A DNA stretch of 64,000 nucleotides from Antedon mediterranea (Eukaryota > Animalia > Echinodermata): NCBI RefSeq assembly GCF_964355755.1, contig NC_092677.1:15460101-15524100 (forward strand), given 5' to 3'. Both the position numbers and the translations under genes were made by a program. Shown in pieces: positions 12,201 to 26,800 of this stretch (position 1 is its first letter; each line of letters opens with the position of its first letter). Under the pieces are notes generated by a model. That model was not told where the DNA came from, ran no database searches, and saw only the letters and a list, made by a program, of their open reading frames with translations.

Positions 12201-15200
12201 AATATTCTTTGAGGCAGCAATAAAAAAAAAAATTGGAACAATTAATTTGACTTATACTGTACTATGTTAGTTCAGGAGATGAAGTGTGTGTGGGCAGAAA
12301 CTAGTGTGTTGGAGGTTGGTGGTGTGAGGTGTATAGTTGTCACTTTAAGACCTAAATTAGATGTTTTCTGAAGAAAAGAAGTAAGCGCATACGCTTTCAA
12401 ACAACTCCAAGAAGATTCACACAAAAATAATTACTTTCCAATAAAGTAGTATAACAGTGTATATTACAGTACATTGAATAAACTCGAGCGGAATAATAAC
12501 GCACATAAAAAAACATTCATTTTCTTTTCGAAAAGTGCCCTCTCTAGTTTTCTATAAATTTATTAATAATTATTATTAATTAATGAGTAATATGAACATA
12601 TTTTTAACATTCAATGCTGGAAGCTGGTTCTACTCCTAACAAAGTTTCATATCTCCAAATTTCATCAACGTATTCAAAGCACTTCAATATTAAATATCAC
12701 ATTTAACATAAAAATTCGGGTTTTGGATAGAATTTTGCTTAAAAACATATACAAAAAACATCGATAAAAAATACTTTTCGTATTCAAAAACATTTGATAC
12801 TTGGTATAAATGTTCACTATAGGTTGCTCTATTCACAGACAAAAATTGCATTCATGAACGTTTTTTGTTGGTTGTTTTTTCAAAATAGTTATTAGCTTGA
12901 AAAAAATGAGTTGGAATTGTATGGTCTTTCATAAGTGTACATTTTGTAAAAACGTAAATTTAAAAAATCAGTGATATGGCTTGATAGTTATGTTTTGTTT
13001 GCAATATGGATGGAGCAACCTATATTGAACATTTATACCAAGTATCAAATGTTTTTGAATACGAAAAGTATTTTTTATCGATGTTTTTTGTATATGTTTT
13101 TAAGCAAAATTATATCCAAAACCTGAATTTGTAATGTTAAATGTAATTTATTTAAGTGCTTTGAATACGTTGATGAAATTTGGAGATATGAAACTTTGTT
13201 AGGAGTAGATACAGTTTCCAGCATTAAATTTTAAAAATATGTTCATATTACTCATTAATTGATAATAATTATTAATAAATTAATAGAAAACTAGAGAGGG
13301 CACTTTTCGACAAGAAAATGAATGTTTTTTTATGTGTGTTATTATTCCGCTCGAGTTTATTCAATGTACTGTAATATACACTGTTATACTATTTTATTGG
13401 AAAGTAATTATTTTTGTGTGAATCTTCTTGGAGTTGTTTGAAAGCGTATCCGCTTACTTCTTTTCTTCAGAAAACATCTAATTTAGGTCTTAAAGTGACA
13501 ACTATACACCTCACACCACCAACCTCCAACACACTAGTTTCTGCCCACACACACTTCATCTCCTGAACTAACATAGTACAGTATAAGTCAAATAAATTTT
13601 TAATTTTTTTTTTATTGCTGCCTCAAAAAATATTATATAATAGTAACAATATCAGAAAGGTAGATAGGTATTGTAATAATTTTTAAATTTAAAAATGTTA
13701 AAAAAAATATGAATATATGTTTATACATACATTATAAATGAAATATATTAATTACTATTTTAGTAATGCATACACAAGTACAGAATATCAGAAATCAATG
13801 AATCATGTGTCTAAATGTGGCATTATTAGGCTAATTTGCTTTGAGAAAAACATTGATGCCATTGGCCTATACAAAAATCAAGGCAATTAGACAAAATATT
13901 TGCATAAACAATTAATACTAATATTGGTAGGCATAAAATAATAGTGTATATAAACTTTCCTTAAATAGTAACAGTATAGGGCCTTACCAATTTATTTAAT
14001 ACATAATATATGAACTGTATTACACAAAAAAAGTATAAATGAATTTATAAGGACATGATGATTATCAAAAATAGTCAATATAATTAAATTTTAAACTCAT
14101 TACCGGCATTATAAATAATATTTTAAAAAGATAAGAATGCAAGTAAATATCAGATTCATAGTCCTCATTATACACAATGATTTCCTACTATCACATATTA
14201 AAATATAAAACAATCATGTAACCTTTAATGACTTTACATGGAGGTCTATTCAAATAAATTTAAATGAAAGGGTCATAATATGTCTTCGTCTCCAGTTCGT
14301 GGAAATTGAAGTTAGGATTCCATCATTTCAACAACAAAAAATATTCAAAATATCCTGCCAGTTTGCATTCAAGACCTGCAACCTGCTTAGTTTTTAATAC
14401 GAGTACTGCTTTCTATACACATAACTTTGATTTCTGCAAAAAAAAAAAAAAACTCTGTAATAATGTACTTTAATTACTGTAATAATCTAGGTATAGATTA
14501 TGTTTACCGGGCCAGTGAGAGGGCGTTCGACTGTACTACCATAAGTCCTGAAGGTGGATACAACTTATTTCTTGTCTTCAAAGTGTATAGTAGTATGCTA
14601 ATAGTACTATTATTAGATTAGGTAGTTGGGAGTAGTTTGGAGAGATGCATCTATCTATAAAAGAGTACTGTATATATGGAACTATCTGTGTTAGCCGCCT
14701 TTGTATTTTTAAATATAATACCAATAGGTACTATGTATTGGGAAACAATTCAACAGTTATGAATAAAAAAAGTCCTATGTACTCTGTATGTTGGAGGAAA
14801 TACCCATAAGAGCAAATAAAGCCTTGACCACAGGGTGTAAGTCACTATTTTGAATCAGTAGTATGACTTCTTAAGAAGTAATTTAAAAATTATCATTGTA
14901 TGATCAAAAAGAAATATTATAATATCTAACTTTCTCCTTTATATAAATATATTATTTTATCCAAGGGGTTGCAAACACAAGTGTTCACATGTCTTGTTAA
15001 GTATTGCACCTTTGTCCTGTCTTTATGTTTTCTGTAATGTCACTGCACTAACGGGTGACCGGTAAACGAGCTTCGCTCTTACGGTTATCCATCCATATAA
15101 GTTGTTCATCTCTTATGTTCAGAAATTGAAATGGTAAATAAACTGAAACTGTGCTTATGTGGTACAGGTTGACGAGCCAGGAATGATGGTAGTGCCAGTA

Positions 15201-16536
15201 TACCGTGTAGTTTAGCCTCAAGGCAATACCATGTAGCTGGAGTAGCTTGGACAAATACAGTAGAGATTTATGAGACTTGGTGTGTGATGATTCAGTATGA
15301 TAAATTTGTGCTGTGAAAGACAAAATTGTAGAATTAGGAAGAAAATATTGTGAAATATAACAAGGAAATTATACTATAGTATAATTAAGGGGTAACCGTA
15401 TAATACATAATTAATAGTAATAAAGGCAATGGCAATTACTTATATTATGTATACATTACAATAATATTACAAATAAATTCATATATTATTTTATTATGAT
15501 AAGGAAATCTGTTTTAGAATGAGAAAAAGCCGTCCCAACCCAGATTTGAACCCAGCTATCAATAAAGCTATAAAACAAAATAGACCATATTGTAGCCGGA
15601 CTGGGTAGCGTAGACTTACTTGAGGCCTAGGCATAGTACGATTAGCTAGAAGGATACAGGTCAACCCGTACCCATGGCATATGCCATGCCAACACGCTCG
15701 TACCCAAATTTTGGTTTACATAATATATCCAAAATTTTGGCTTACTCGTACCCATCATGGGCTGCCTAGTAGTAGTAGTAGTAGTAGCCTAGCCTAAGGC
15801 AGCAGGCCCGGCCCTAGCCTACTACAACTTAAGTCTAGGCCTAGCCTAGTACTAGTAGGCCTCTAGGCCTAGCCTAGGCCTAGGCCCTAGTAGTTAACAT
15901 CATACATACGCCCTAGAGCCTAGTAGTAGCTACCTACTACTCACTAGCTAGGCCTAGGTAGTAGCAGTAGTAGTTATTGTAGTAGTATTATTGTATTGTA
16001 GTATTAGTTGTAGCTGTCCGGTGATCCTTGGTCACTTGTCTAGATCCCCTAGGCTAGGCCTAGTACGTAGTTATTCTTCAACAGTCACAATTCAGATTCT
16101 GCCGGCCGCTGATTGCTAGTGAACAGGGGGAGGGAGAGAAAGAGTTAGAAGAACTGAAATAAGCCGTGACGTATAATAAACATCATACAAAATAATAATA
16201 TAACTAACGAATCCGTATAATATAATAATGTTGTATGTTATAAAGTAAAGTAAATGCGTTTAATATAATACAATTATATTATAATATAATGTATTTTATT
16301 AATAATATAATATTAAATGTTCATAATATAATGCTAAAACCAAATAATATAATACAAAAAGTCAATAATTTGTTACATTTTTCACATAATATATTAGAAA
16401 TAGATATAATATAATGCTAAAACCAAGTAATATAATGCAAAACGTATAATTCATTACAATACAATATATAATATAATAAAAAAATGATATAATAATATAA
16501 TATTTTGAATACTTCAGACAGCTGAGGCTTGCCATA
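9213..16536. mobile_element. Giant palindromic (foldback) element A, 7324 bp
   Basis: Ends TATGGCAAGCCTCAGCTG...CAGCTGAGGCTTGCCATA; arms 9213-12829 and 13013-16536; spacer 12830-13012; TSD TGGGGT (9207-9212, 16537-16542). Confidence 0.95.
11613..11777 (-). mobile_element. 3' fragment of a LINE inserted in the left arm of element A
   Basis: ~165 bp absent from the other intact arms; minus strand ends AATAAA...(TCTTGAA)n. A similar tail lies on + near 32290-32322. Confidence 0.65.
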
Positions 16537-16859
16537 TGGGGTAGTACAGTAAGTAATTAAGATTATTATTAAGAGTATTTGTATTTCTTTAGTTTTTATA
16601 TACACAACGTCGAAATTAAATCTAAAATGTATTTCTTGGAAATAATATTAAGAAAATACATTAGTAGTAGAAAGCTTTTTTTTTTTAGTTGTAGTTTAGT
16701 TTAGAGATTAATACTGGTTACTGTAGTAATATACCTCTCCATATCTTAATTCAATTGATTCTCTATACATAGTGAAAAAAATAGTATAATTGGCTGTGAT
16801 ATACAAAATGAAAACATACTATTTGTATGAGAATTATATTGTATATTTTAGAGAAAGTG

Positions 16860-19800
16860 TATGGCAAGCCTCAGCTGTCTGAAGTATTCAAAATATTATA
16901 TTATTATATCATTTTTTTACTATATTATATATTGTATTGTAATGAATTATACGTTTTGCATTATATTACTTGGTTTTAGCATTATATTATATCTATTTCT
17001 AATATATTATGTGAAAAATGTAACAAATTATTGACTTTTTGTACTATATTATTTGGTTTTAGCATTATATTATGAACATTTAATATTATATTATTAATAA
17101 AATACATTATATTATAATATAATTGTATTATATTAAACGCATTTACTTTACTTTATAACATACAACATTATTATATTATACGGATTCGTTAGTTATATTA
17201 TTATGTTGTATGATGTTTATTATACGTCACGGCTTATTTCAGTTCTTCTAACTCTTTCTCTCCCTCCCCCTGTTCACTAGCAATCAGCGGCCGGCAGAAT
17301 CTGAATTGTGTGACTGTTGAAGAATAACTACGTACTAGGCCTAGCCTAGGCCTACTAGGGGATCTAGACAAGTGACCAAGGATCACCGGACAGCTACAAC
17401 TAATACTACAATACAATAATACTACTACAATAACTACTACTGCTACTACCTAGGCCTAGCTAGTGAGTAGTAGGTAGCTACTACTAGGCTCTAGGGCGTA
17501 TGTATGATGTTAACTACAAGGGCCTAGGCCTAGACTTAAGTTGTAGTAGCCTGCTGCCTTAGGCTAGGCTACTACTACTACTACTACTAGGCAGCCCATG
17601 ATGGGTACGAGTAAGCCAAAATGTTGGATATATGTAAACCAAAATTTGGGTACGAGCGTGTTGGCATGGTATGGGTACGGGTTGACCTGTATCCTTCTAG
17701 CTAATCGTACTATGCCTAGGCCTCAAGTAAGTCTACGCTACCCAGTCCGGCTACAATATGGTCTATTTTGTTTTATAGCTTTATTGATAGCTGGGTTCAA
17801 ATCTGGGTTGGGACGGCTTTTTCTCATTCTAAAACAGATTTCCTTATCATAATAAAATAATATATGAATTTATTTGTAATATTATTGTAATGTATACATA
17901 ATATAAGTAATTGCCATTGCCTTTATTACTATTAATTATGTATTATACGGTTACCCCTTAATTATACTATAGTATAATTTCCTTGTTATATTTTACAATA
18001 TTTTCTTCCTAATTCTACAATTTTGTCTTTCACAGCACAAATTTATCATACTGAATCATCACACACCAAGTCTCATAAATCTCTACTGTATTTGTCCAAG
18101 CTACTCCAGCTACATGGTATTGCCTTGAGGCTAAATTACACGGTATACTGGCACTACCATCATTCCTGGCTCGTCAACCTGTACCACATAAGCACAGTTT
18201 CAGTTTCAGTTTATTTACCATTTCAATTTCTGAACATAAGAGATGAACAACTTATATGGATGGATAATCGTAAGAGCGAAGCTCGTTTACCGGTCACCCG
18301 TTAGTGCAGTGACATTACAGACAACATAAAGACAGGACAAAGGTGCAATACTTAACAAGACATGTGAACACTTGTGTTTGCAACCCCTTGGATAAAATAA
18401 TATATTTATATAATGGAGAAAGTTAGATATTATAATATTTCTTTTTGATCATACAATGATAATTTTTAAATTACTTCTTAAGAAGTCATACTACTGATTC
18501 AAAATAGTGACTTACACCCTGTGGTCAAGGCTTTCTTTGCTCTTATGCTTATATCCTCCAACATACAGAGTACATAGGACTTTTTTTATTCATAACTGTC
18601 AATGTTTTTCTCAAAGCAAATTAGCCTAATAATGCCACATTTAGACACATGATTCATTGATTTCTGATATTCTGTACTTGTGTATGCATTACTAAAATAG
18701 TAGTTAATATATTTCATTTATAATGTATGTATAAACATATATTCATATTTTGTTTAACATTTTTAAATTTAAAAATTATTACAATACCTATCTACCTTTC
18801 TGATATTGTTACTATTATATAATATTCTTTGAGGCAGCAATAAAAAAAAAAATTGGAACAATTAATTTGACTTATACTGTACTATGTTAGTTCAGGAGAT
18901 GAAGTGTGTGTGGGCAGAAACTAGTGTGTTGGAGGTTGGTGGTGTGAGGTGTATAGTTGTCACTTTAAGACCTAAATTAGATGTTTTCTGAAGAAAAGAA
19001 GTAAGCGCATACGCTTTCAAACAACTCCAAGAAGATTCACACAAAAATAATTACTTTCCAATAAAGTAGTATAACAGTGTATATTACAGTACATTGAATA
19101 AACTCGAGCGGAATAATAACGCACATAAAAAAACATTCATTTTCTTTTCGAAAAGTGCCCTCTCTAGTTTTCTATAAATTTATTAATAATTATTATTAAT
19201 TAATGAGTAATATGAACATATTTTTAACATTCAATGCTGGAAGCTGGTTCTACTCCTAACAAAGTTTCATATCTCCAAATTTCATCAACGTATTCAAAGC
19301 ACTTCAATATTAAATATCACATTTAACATAAAAATTCGGGTTTTGGATAGAATTTTGCTTAAAAACATATACAAAAAACATCGATAAAAAATACTTTTCG
19401 TATTCAAAAACATTTGATACTTGGTATAAATGTTCACTATAGGTTGCTCTATTCACAGACAAAAATTGCATTCATGAACGTTTTTTGTTGGTTGTTTTTT
19501 CAAAATAGTTATTAGCTTGAAAAAAATGAGTTGGAATTGTATGGTCTTTCATAAGTGTACATTTTGTAAAAACGTAAATTTAAAAAATCAGTGATATGGC
19601 TTGATAGTTATGTTTTGTTTGCAATATGGATGGAGCAACCTATATTGAACATTTATACCAAGTATCAAATGTTTTTGAATACGAAAAGTATTTTTTATCG
19701 ATGTTTTTTGTATATGTTTTTAAGCAAAATTATATCCAAAACCTGAATTTGTAATGTTAAATGTAATTTATTTAAGTGCTTTGAATACGTTGATGAAATT

Positions 19801-22800
19801 TGGAGATATGAAACTTTGTTAGGAGTAGATACAGTTTCCAGCATTAAATTTTAAAAATATGTTCATATTACTCATTAATTGATAATAATTATTAATAAAT
19901 TAATAGAAAACTAGAGAGGGCACGTTTCGACAAGAAAATGAATGTTTTTTCATGTGTGTTATTATTCCGCTCGAGTTTATTCAATGTACTGTAATATACA
20001 CTGTTATACTATTTTATTGGAAAGTAATTATTTTTGTGTGAATCTTCTTGGAGTTGTTTGAAAGCGTATCCGCTTACTTCTTTTCTTCAGAAAACATCTA
20101 ATTTAGGTCTTAAAGTGACAATTATACACCTCACACCACCAACCTCCAACACACTAGTTTCTGCCCACACACACTTCATCTCCTGAACTAACATAGTACA
20201 GTATAAGTCAAATAAATTTTTTTATTTTTTTTATTGCTGCCTCAAAAAATATTATATAATAGTAACAATATCAGAAAGGTAGATAGGTATTGTAATAATT
20301 TTTAAATTTAAAAATGTTTAAAAAAATATGAATATATGTTTATACATACATTATAAATGAAATATATTAACTACTATTTTAGTAATGCATACACAAGTAC
20401 AGAATATCAGAAATCAATGAATCATGTGTCTAAATGTGGCATTATTAGGCTAATTTGCTTTGAGAAAAACATTGATGCCATTGGCCTATACAAAAATCAA
20501 GGCAATTAGACAAAATATTTACATAAACAATTAATACTAATATTGGTAGGCATAAAATAATAGTGTATATAAACTTTCCTTAAATAATAACAGTATAGGG
20601 CCTTACAAATTTATTTAATACATAATATATGAAAAATATTACACAAAAAAAGTATAAATGAATTTATAAGGACATGATGATTATCAAAAATAGTCAATAT
20701 AATTAAATTTTAAACTCATTACCGGCATTATAAATAATATTTTAAAAAGATAAGAATGCAAGTAAATATCAGATTCATAGTCCTCATTATACACAATGAT
20801 TTCCTACTATCACATATTAAAATATAAAACAATCATGTAGCCTTTATTGACTTTACATGGAGGTCTATTCAAATAAATTTAAATAAAAGGGTCATAATAT
20901 GTCTTCGTCTCCAGTTCGTGGAAATTGAAGTTAGGATTCCATCATTTCAACAACAAAAAATATTCAAAATATCCTGCCAGTTTGCATTCAAGACCTGCAA
21001 CCTGCTTAGTTTTTAATACGAGTACTGCTTTCTATACACATAACTTTGATTTCTGCAAAAAAAAACAAAACTCTGTAATAATGTACTTTAAATACTGTAA
21101 TAATCTAGGTATAGATTATGTTTACCGGGCCAGTGAGAGGGCGTTCGACTGTACTACCATAAGTCCTGTAGGTGTATACAACTTATTTCTTGTCTACAAA
21201 GTGTATAGTAGTATGCTAATAGTACTATTATTAGATTAGGTAGTTGGGAGTAGTTTGGAGAGATACATCTATCTATAAAAGAGTACTGTATATATGGAAC
21301 TATCTGTGTTAGCCGCCTTTGTATTTTTAGATATAATACCAATAGGTACTATGTATTGGGAAACAATTCAACAGTTATGAATAAAAAAAGTCCTATGTAC
21401 TCTGTATGTTGGAGGAAATACGCATAAGAGCAAATAAAGCCTTGACCACAGGGTGTAAGTCACTATTTTGAATCAGTAGTATGACTTCTTAAGAAGTAAT
21501 TTAAAAATTATCATTGTATGATCAAAAAGAAATATTATAATATCTAACTTTCTCCTTTATATAATAAATATATTATTTTATCCAAGGGGTTGCAAACACA
21601 AGTGTTCACATGTCTTGTTAAGTATTGCACCTTTGTCCTGTCTTTATGTTTTCTGTAATGTCACTGCACTAACGGGTGACCGGTAAACGAGCTCCGCTCT
21701 TACGGTTATCCATCCATATAAGTTGTTCATCTCTTATGTTCAGAAATTGAAATGGTAAATAAACTGAAACTGAAACTGTGCTTATGTGGTACAGGTTGAC
21801 GAGCCAGGAATGATGGTAGTGCCAGTATACCGTGTAGTTTAGCCTCAAGGCAATACCATGTAGCTGGAGTAGCTTGGACAAATACAGTAGAGATTTATGA
21901 GACTTGGTGTGTGATGATTCAGTATGATAAATTTGTGCTGTGAAAGACAAAATTGTAGAATTAGGAAGAAAATATTGTAAAATATAACAAGGAAATTATA
22001 CTATAGTATAATTAAGGAGTAACCGTATAATACATAATTAATAGTAATAAAGGCAATGGCAATTACTTATATTATGTATACATTACAATAATATTACAAA
22101 TAAATTCATATATTATTTTATTATGATAAGGAAATCTGTTTTAGAATGAGAAAAAGCCGTCCCAACCCAGATTTGAACCCAGCTATCAATAAAGCTATAA
22201 AACAAAATAGACCATATTGTAGCCGGACTGGGTAGCGTAGACTTACTTGAGGCCTAGGCATAGTACGATTAGCTAGAAGGATACAGGTCAACCCGTACCC
22301 ATGCCATGCCAACACGCTCGTACCCAAATTTTGGTTTACATATATCCAAAATTTTGGCTTACTCGTACCCATCATGGGCTGCCTAGTAGTAGTAGTAGTA
22401 GTAGTAGTAGCCTAGCCTAAGGCAGCAGGCCCGGCCCTAGCCTACTACAACTTAAGTCTAGGCCTAGCCTAGTACTAGTAGGCCTCTAGGCCTAGCCTAG
22501 GCCCTAGTAGTTAACATCATACATACGCCCTAGAGCCTAGTATATTCCTACCTACTACTCACTAGCTAGGCCTAGGTAGTAGCAGTAGTAGTTATTGTAG
22601 TAGTATTATTGTATTGTAGTATTAGTTGTAGCTGTCCGGTGATCCTTGGTCACTTGTCTAGATCCCCTAGTAGGCCTAGGCTAGGCCTAGTACGTAGTTA
22701 TTCTTCAACAGTCACACAATTCAGATTCTGCCGGCCGCTGATTGCTAGTGAACAGGGGGAGGGAGAGAAAGAGTTAGAAGAACTGAAATAAGCCGTGACG

Positions 22801-23165
22801 TATAATAAACATCATACAAAATAATAATATAACTAACGAATCCGTATAATATAATAATGTTGTATGTTATAAAGTAAAGTAAATGCGTTTAATATAATAC
22901 AATTATATTATAATATAATGTATTTTATTAATAATATAATATTAAATGTTCATAATATAATGCTAAAACCAAATAATATAATACAAAAAGTCAATAATTT
23001 GTTACATTTTTCACATAATATATTAGAAATAGATATAATATAATGCTAAAACCAAGTAATATAATGCAAAACGTATAATTCATTACAATACAATATATAA
23101 TATAATAAAAAAATGATATAATAATATAATATTTTGAATACTTCAGACAGCTGAGGCTTGCCATA
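16860..23165. mobile_element. Giant palindromic element B, 6306 bp
   Basis: Same termini as A; TSD GAAAGTG (16853-16859, 23166-23172); spacer 19450-19632; ~1.04 kb deleted from the left arm at 18599/18600. Confidence 0.95.
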
Positions 23166-23228
23166 GAAAGTGTGTTTAAAAAAAATAGTTTTATGTATAT
23201 TAATTTTTTTTAGACAGGTTGCCATAAT

Positions 23229-23842
23229 TCATTTATATAACTATTTATATTTCAATGTTTAAGGGCTGAACTTGATTAGCTTGATTAGCTTTAACTATTT
23301 TTAGCCCTTCCCTTGATACAGTTATTATTATTTGTATGTTACAATGTTTATAATTTATATATTCATGGGTAAAATAAAGAAAGAAAAGAAAGAAAGAAAA
23401 GACAGTAAGTTTTTTCAGTTTTTAATGCTGTTTACAAACATCTTTTCTTGATAATTTTATTGAGAAATTTGTAGACATTTACAACGGATTGATTGGAAAC
23501 TACTGTTTCTTATAGACTTTAAACTCATTTGTAAATCCTTTCATAGATTATTTTTTTCAATCAATTGTATATAAAATATCGAGCCTATTGTGCTGTATAC
23601 ATTACCTATGATACAATGTGGCGATACAGCACTGGAAATCCAGTGATTAGCCTATCATTTATATAACTATTTATATTTCAATGTTTAAGGGCTGAACTTG
23701 ATTAGCTTGATTAGCTTTAACTATTTTTAGCCCTTCCCTTGATACAGTTATTATTATTTGTATGTTACAATGTTTATAATTTATATATTCATGGGTAAAA
23801 TAAAGAAAGAAAAGAAAGAAAGAAAAGACAGTAAGTTTTTTC
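23229..23842 (+). repeat. Local 263-bp direct duplication containing a LINE-like 3' tail (AATAAA + GAAA repeats)
   Basis: 23229-23491 is repeated at 23655-23842 and continues at 31067-31141 after element C and its duplicated target. Confidence 0.9.
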
Positions 23843-26800
23843 TATGGCAAGCCTCAGCTGTCTGAAGTATTCAAAATATTATATTATTATATCATTTTTT
23901 ATTATATTATATATTGTATTGTAATGAATTATACGTTTTGCATTATATTACTTGGTTTTAGCATTATATTATATCTATTTCTAATATATTATGTGAAAAA
24001 TGTAACAAATTATTGACTTTTTGTATTATATTATTTGGTTTTAGCATTATATTATGAACATTTAATATTATATTATTAATAAAATACATTATATTATAAT
24101 ATAATTGTATTATATTAAACGCATTTACTTTACTTTATAACATACAACATTATTATATTATACGGATTCGTTAGTTATATTATTATTTTGTATGATGTTT
24201 ATTATACGTCACGGCTTATTTCAGTTCTTCTAACTCTTTCTCTCCCTCCCCCTGTTCACTAGCAATCAGCGGCCGGCAGAATCTGAATTGTGTGACTGTT
24301 GAAGAATAACTACGTACTAGGCCTAGCCTAGGCCTACTAGGGGATCTAGACAAGTGACCAAGGATCACCGGACAGCTACAACTAATACTACAATACAATA
24401 ATACTACTACAATAACTACTACCTAGGCCTAGCTAGTGAGTAGTAGGTAGCTACTACTAGGCTCTAGGGCGTATGTATGATGTTAACTACTAGGGCCTGG
24501 GCTAGGCCTAGAGAGGCTTACTAGTACTAGACTAGGCCTAGACTTAAGTTGTAGTAGGCTAGGGCCGGGCCTGCTGCCTTAGGCTAGGCTACTACTACTA
24601 CTACTACTACTACTACTAGGCAGCCCATGATGGGTACGAGTAAGCCAAAATTTTGGATATATGTAAACCAAAATTTGGGTACGAGCATGTTGGCATGGCA
24701 TGGGTACGGGTTGACCTGTATCCTTCTAGCCAATCGTACTATGCCTAGGCCTCAAGTAAGTATACGCTACCCAGTCCGGCTACAATATGGTCTATTTTGT
24801 TTTATAGCTTTATTGATAGCTGGGTTCAAATCTGTGTTGGGACGGCTTTTTCTCATTCTAAAACAGATTTCCTTATAATAAAATAATATATGAATTTATT
24901 TGTAATATTGTAATGTATACATAATATAAGTAATTGCCATTGCCTTTATTACTATTAATTATGTATTATACGGTTACCCCTTAATTATACTATAGTATAA
25001 TTTCCTTGTTATATTTTACAATATTTTCTTCCTAATTCGACAATTTTGTCTTTCACAGCACAAATTTATCATACTGAATCATCACACACCAAGTCTCATA
25101 AATCTCTACTGTATTTGTCCAAGCTACTCCAGCTACGGTACATGGTATTGCCTTGAGGCTAAACTACACGGTATACTGGCACTACCATCATTCCTGGCTC
25201 GTCAACCTGTACCACATAAGCACAGTTTCAGTTTATTTACCATTTCAATTTCTGAACATAAGAGATGAACAACTTATATGGATGGATAACCGTAAGAGCG
25301 AAGCTCGTTTACCGGTCACCCGTTAGTGCAGTGACATTACAGACAACATAAAGACAAAGGTGCAATACATAACAAGACATGTGAACACTTGTGTTTGCAA
25401 CCCCTTGGATAAAATAATATATTTATATAATGGAGAAAGTTAGATATTATAATATTTCTTTTTGATCATACAATGATAATTTTTAAATTACTTCTTAAGA
25501 AGTCATACTACTGATTCAAAATAGTGACTTACACCCTGTGGTCAAGGCTTTCTTTGCTCTTATGCTTATTTCCTCCAACATACAGAGTACATAGGACTTT
25601 TTTTATTCATAACTGTTGAATTGTTTCCCAATACATAGTACCTATTGGTATTATATCTAAAAATACAAAGGCGGCTAACACAGATAGTTCCATATATACA
25701 GTACTCTTTTATAAATAAATGTATCTCTCCAAACTACTCCCAACTACCTAATCTAATAATAGTACTATTAGCATACTACTATACACTTTGTAGACAAGAA
25801 ATAAGTTGTATACACTACTAGAGGACTTATGGTAGTACAGTCGATCGCCCTCTCACCGGCCCGGTCAACATAATCTATACCTAGATTATTACAGTAATTA
25901 AAGTACATTATTACAGAGTTTTTTTTTTTTTTGCAGAAATCAAAGTTATGTGTATAGAAAGCAGTACTCGTATTAAAAACTAAGCAGGTTGCAGGTCTTG
26001 AACGCAAACTGACAGGATATTCTGAATATTTTTTGTTGTTGAAATGATGGAATCCTAACTTCAATTTCCACGAACTGGAGACGAAGACATATTATGACCC
26101 TTTTATTTAAAATTATTTGAATAGACCTCCATGTAAACTCATTAAAGGCTACATGATTGTTTTATATTTTAATATGTGATAGTAGGAAATCATTGTGTAT
26201 AATGAGGACTATGAATCTGATATTTACTTGCATTCTTATCTTTTTAAAATATTATTTATAATGCCGGTAATGAGTTTAAAATTTAATTATATTGACTATT
26301 TTTGATAATCATCATGTCCTTATAAATTCATTTATACTTTTTTGTGTAATATAGTTCATATATTATGTATTAAATAAATTGGTAAGGCCCTATACTGTTA
26401 TTATTTAAGGAAAGTTTATATACACTATTATTTTATGCCTACCAATATTAGTATTAATTGTTTATGTAAATATTTTGTCTTAATTGCCTTGATTTTTGTA
26501 TAGGCCAATGGCATCAATGTTTTTCTCAAAGCAAATTAGCCTAATAATGCCACATTTAGACACATGATTCATTGATTTCTTATATTCTGTACTTGTGTAT
26601 GCATTACTAAAATAGTAGTTAATATATTTCATTTATAATGTATGTATAAACATATATTCATATTTTTTTAAACATTTTTAAATTTAAAAATTATTACAAT
26701 ACCTATCTACCTTTCTGATATTGTTACTATTATATAATATTTTTTGAGGAAGCAATAAAAAAAAATTAACAAATTTATTTGACTTATACTGTACTATGTT

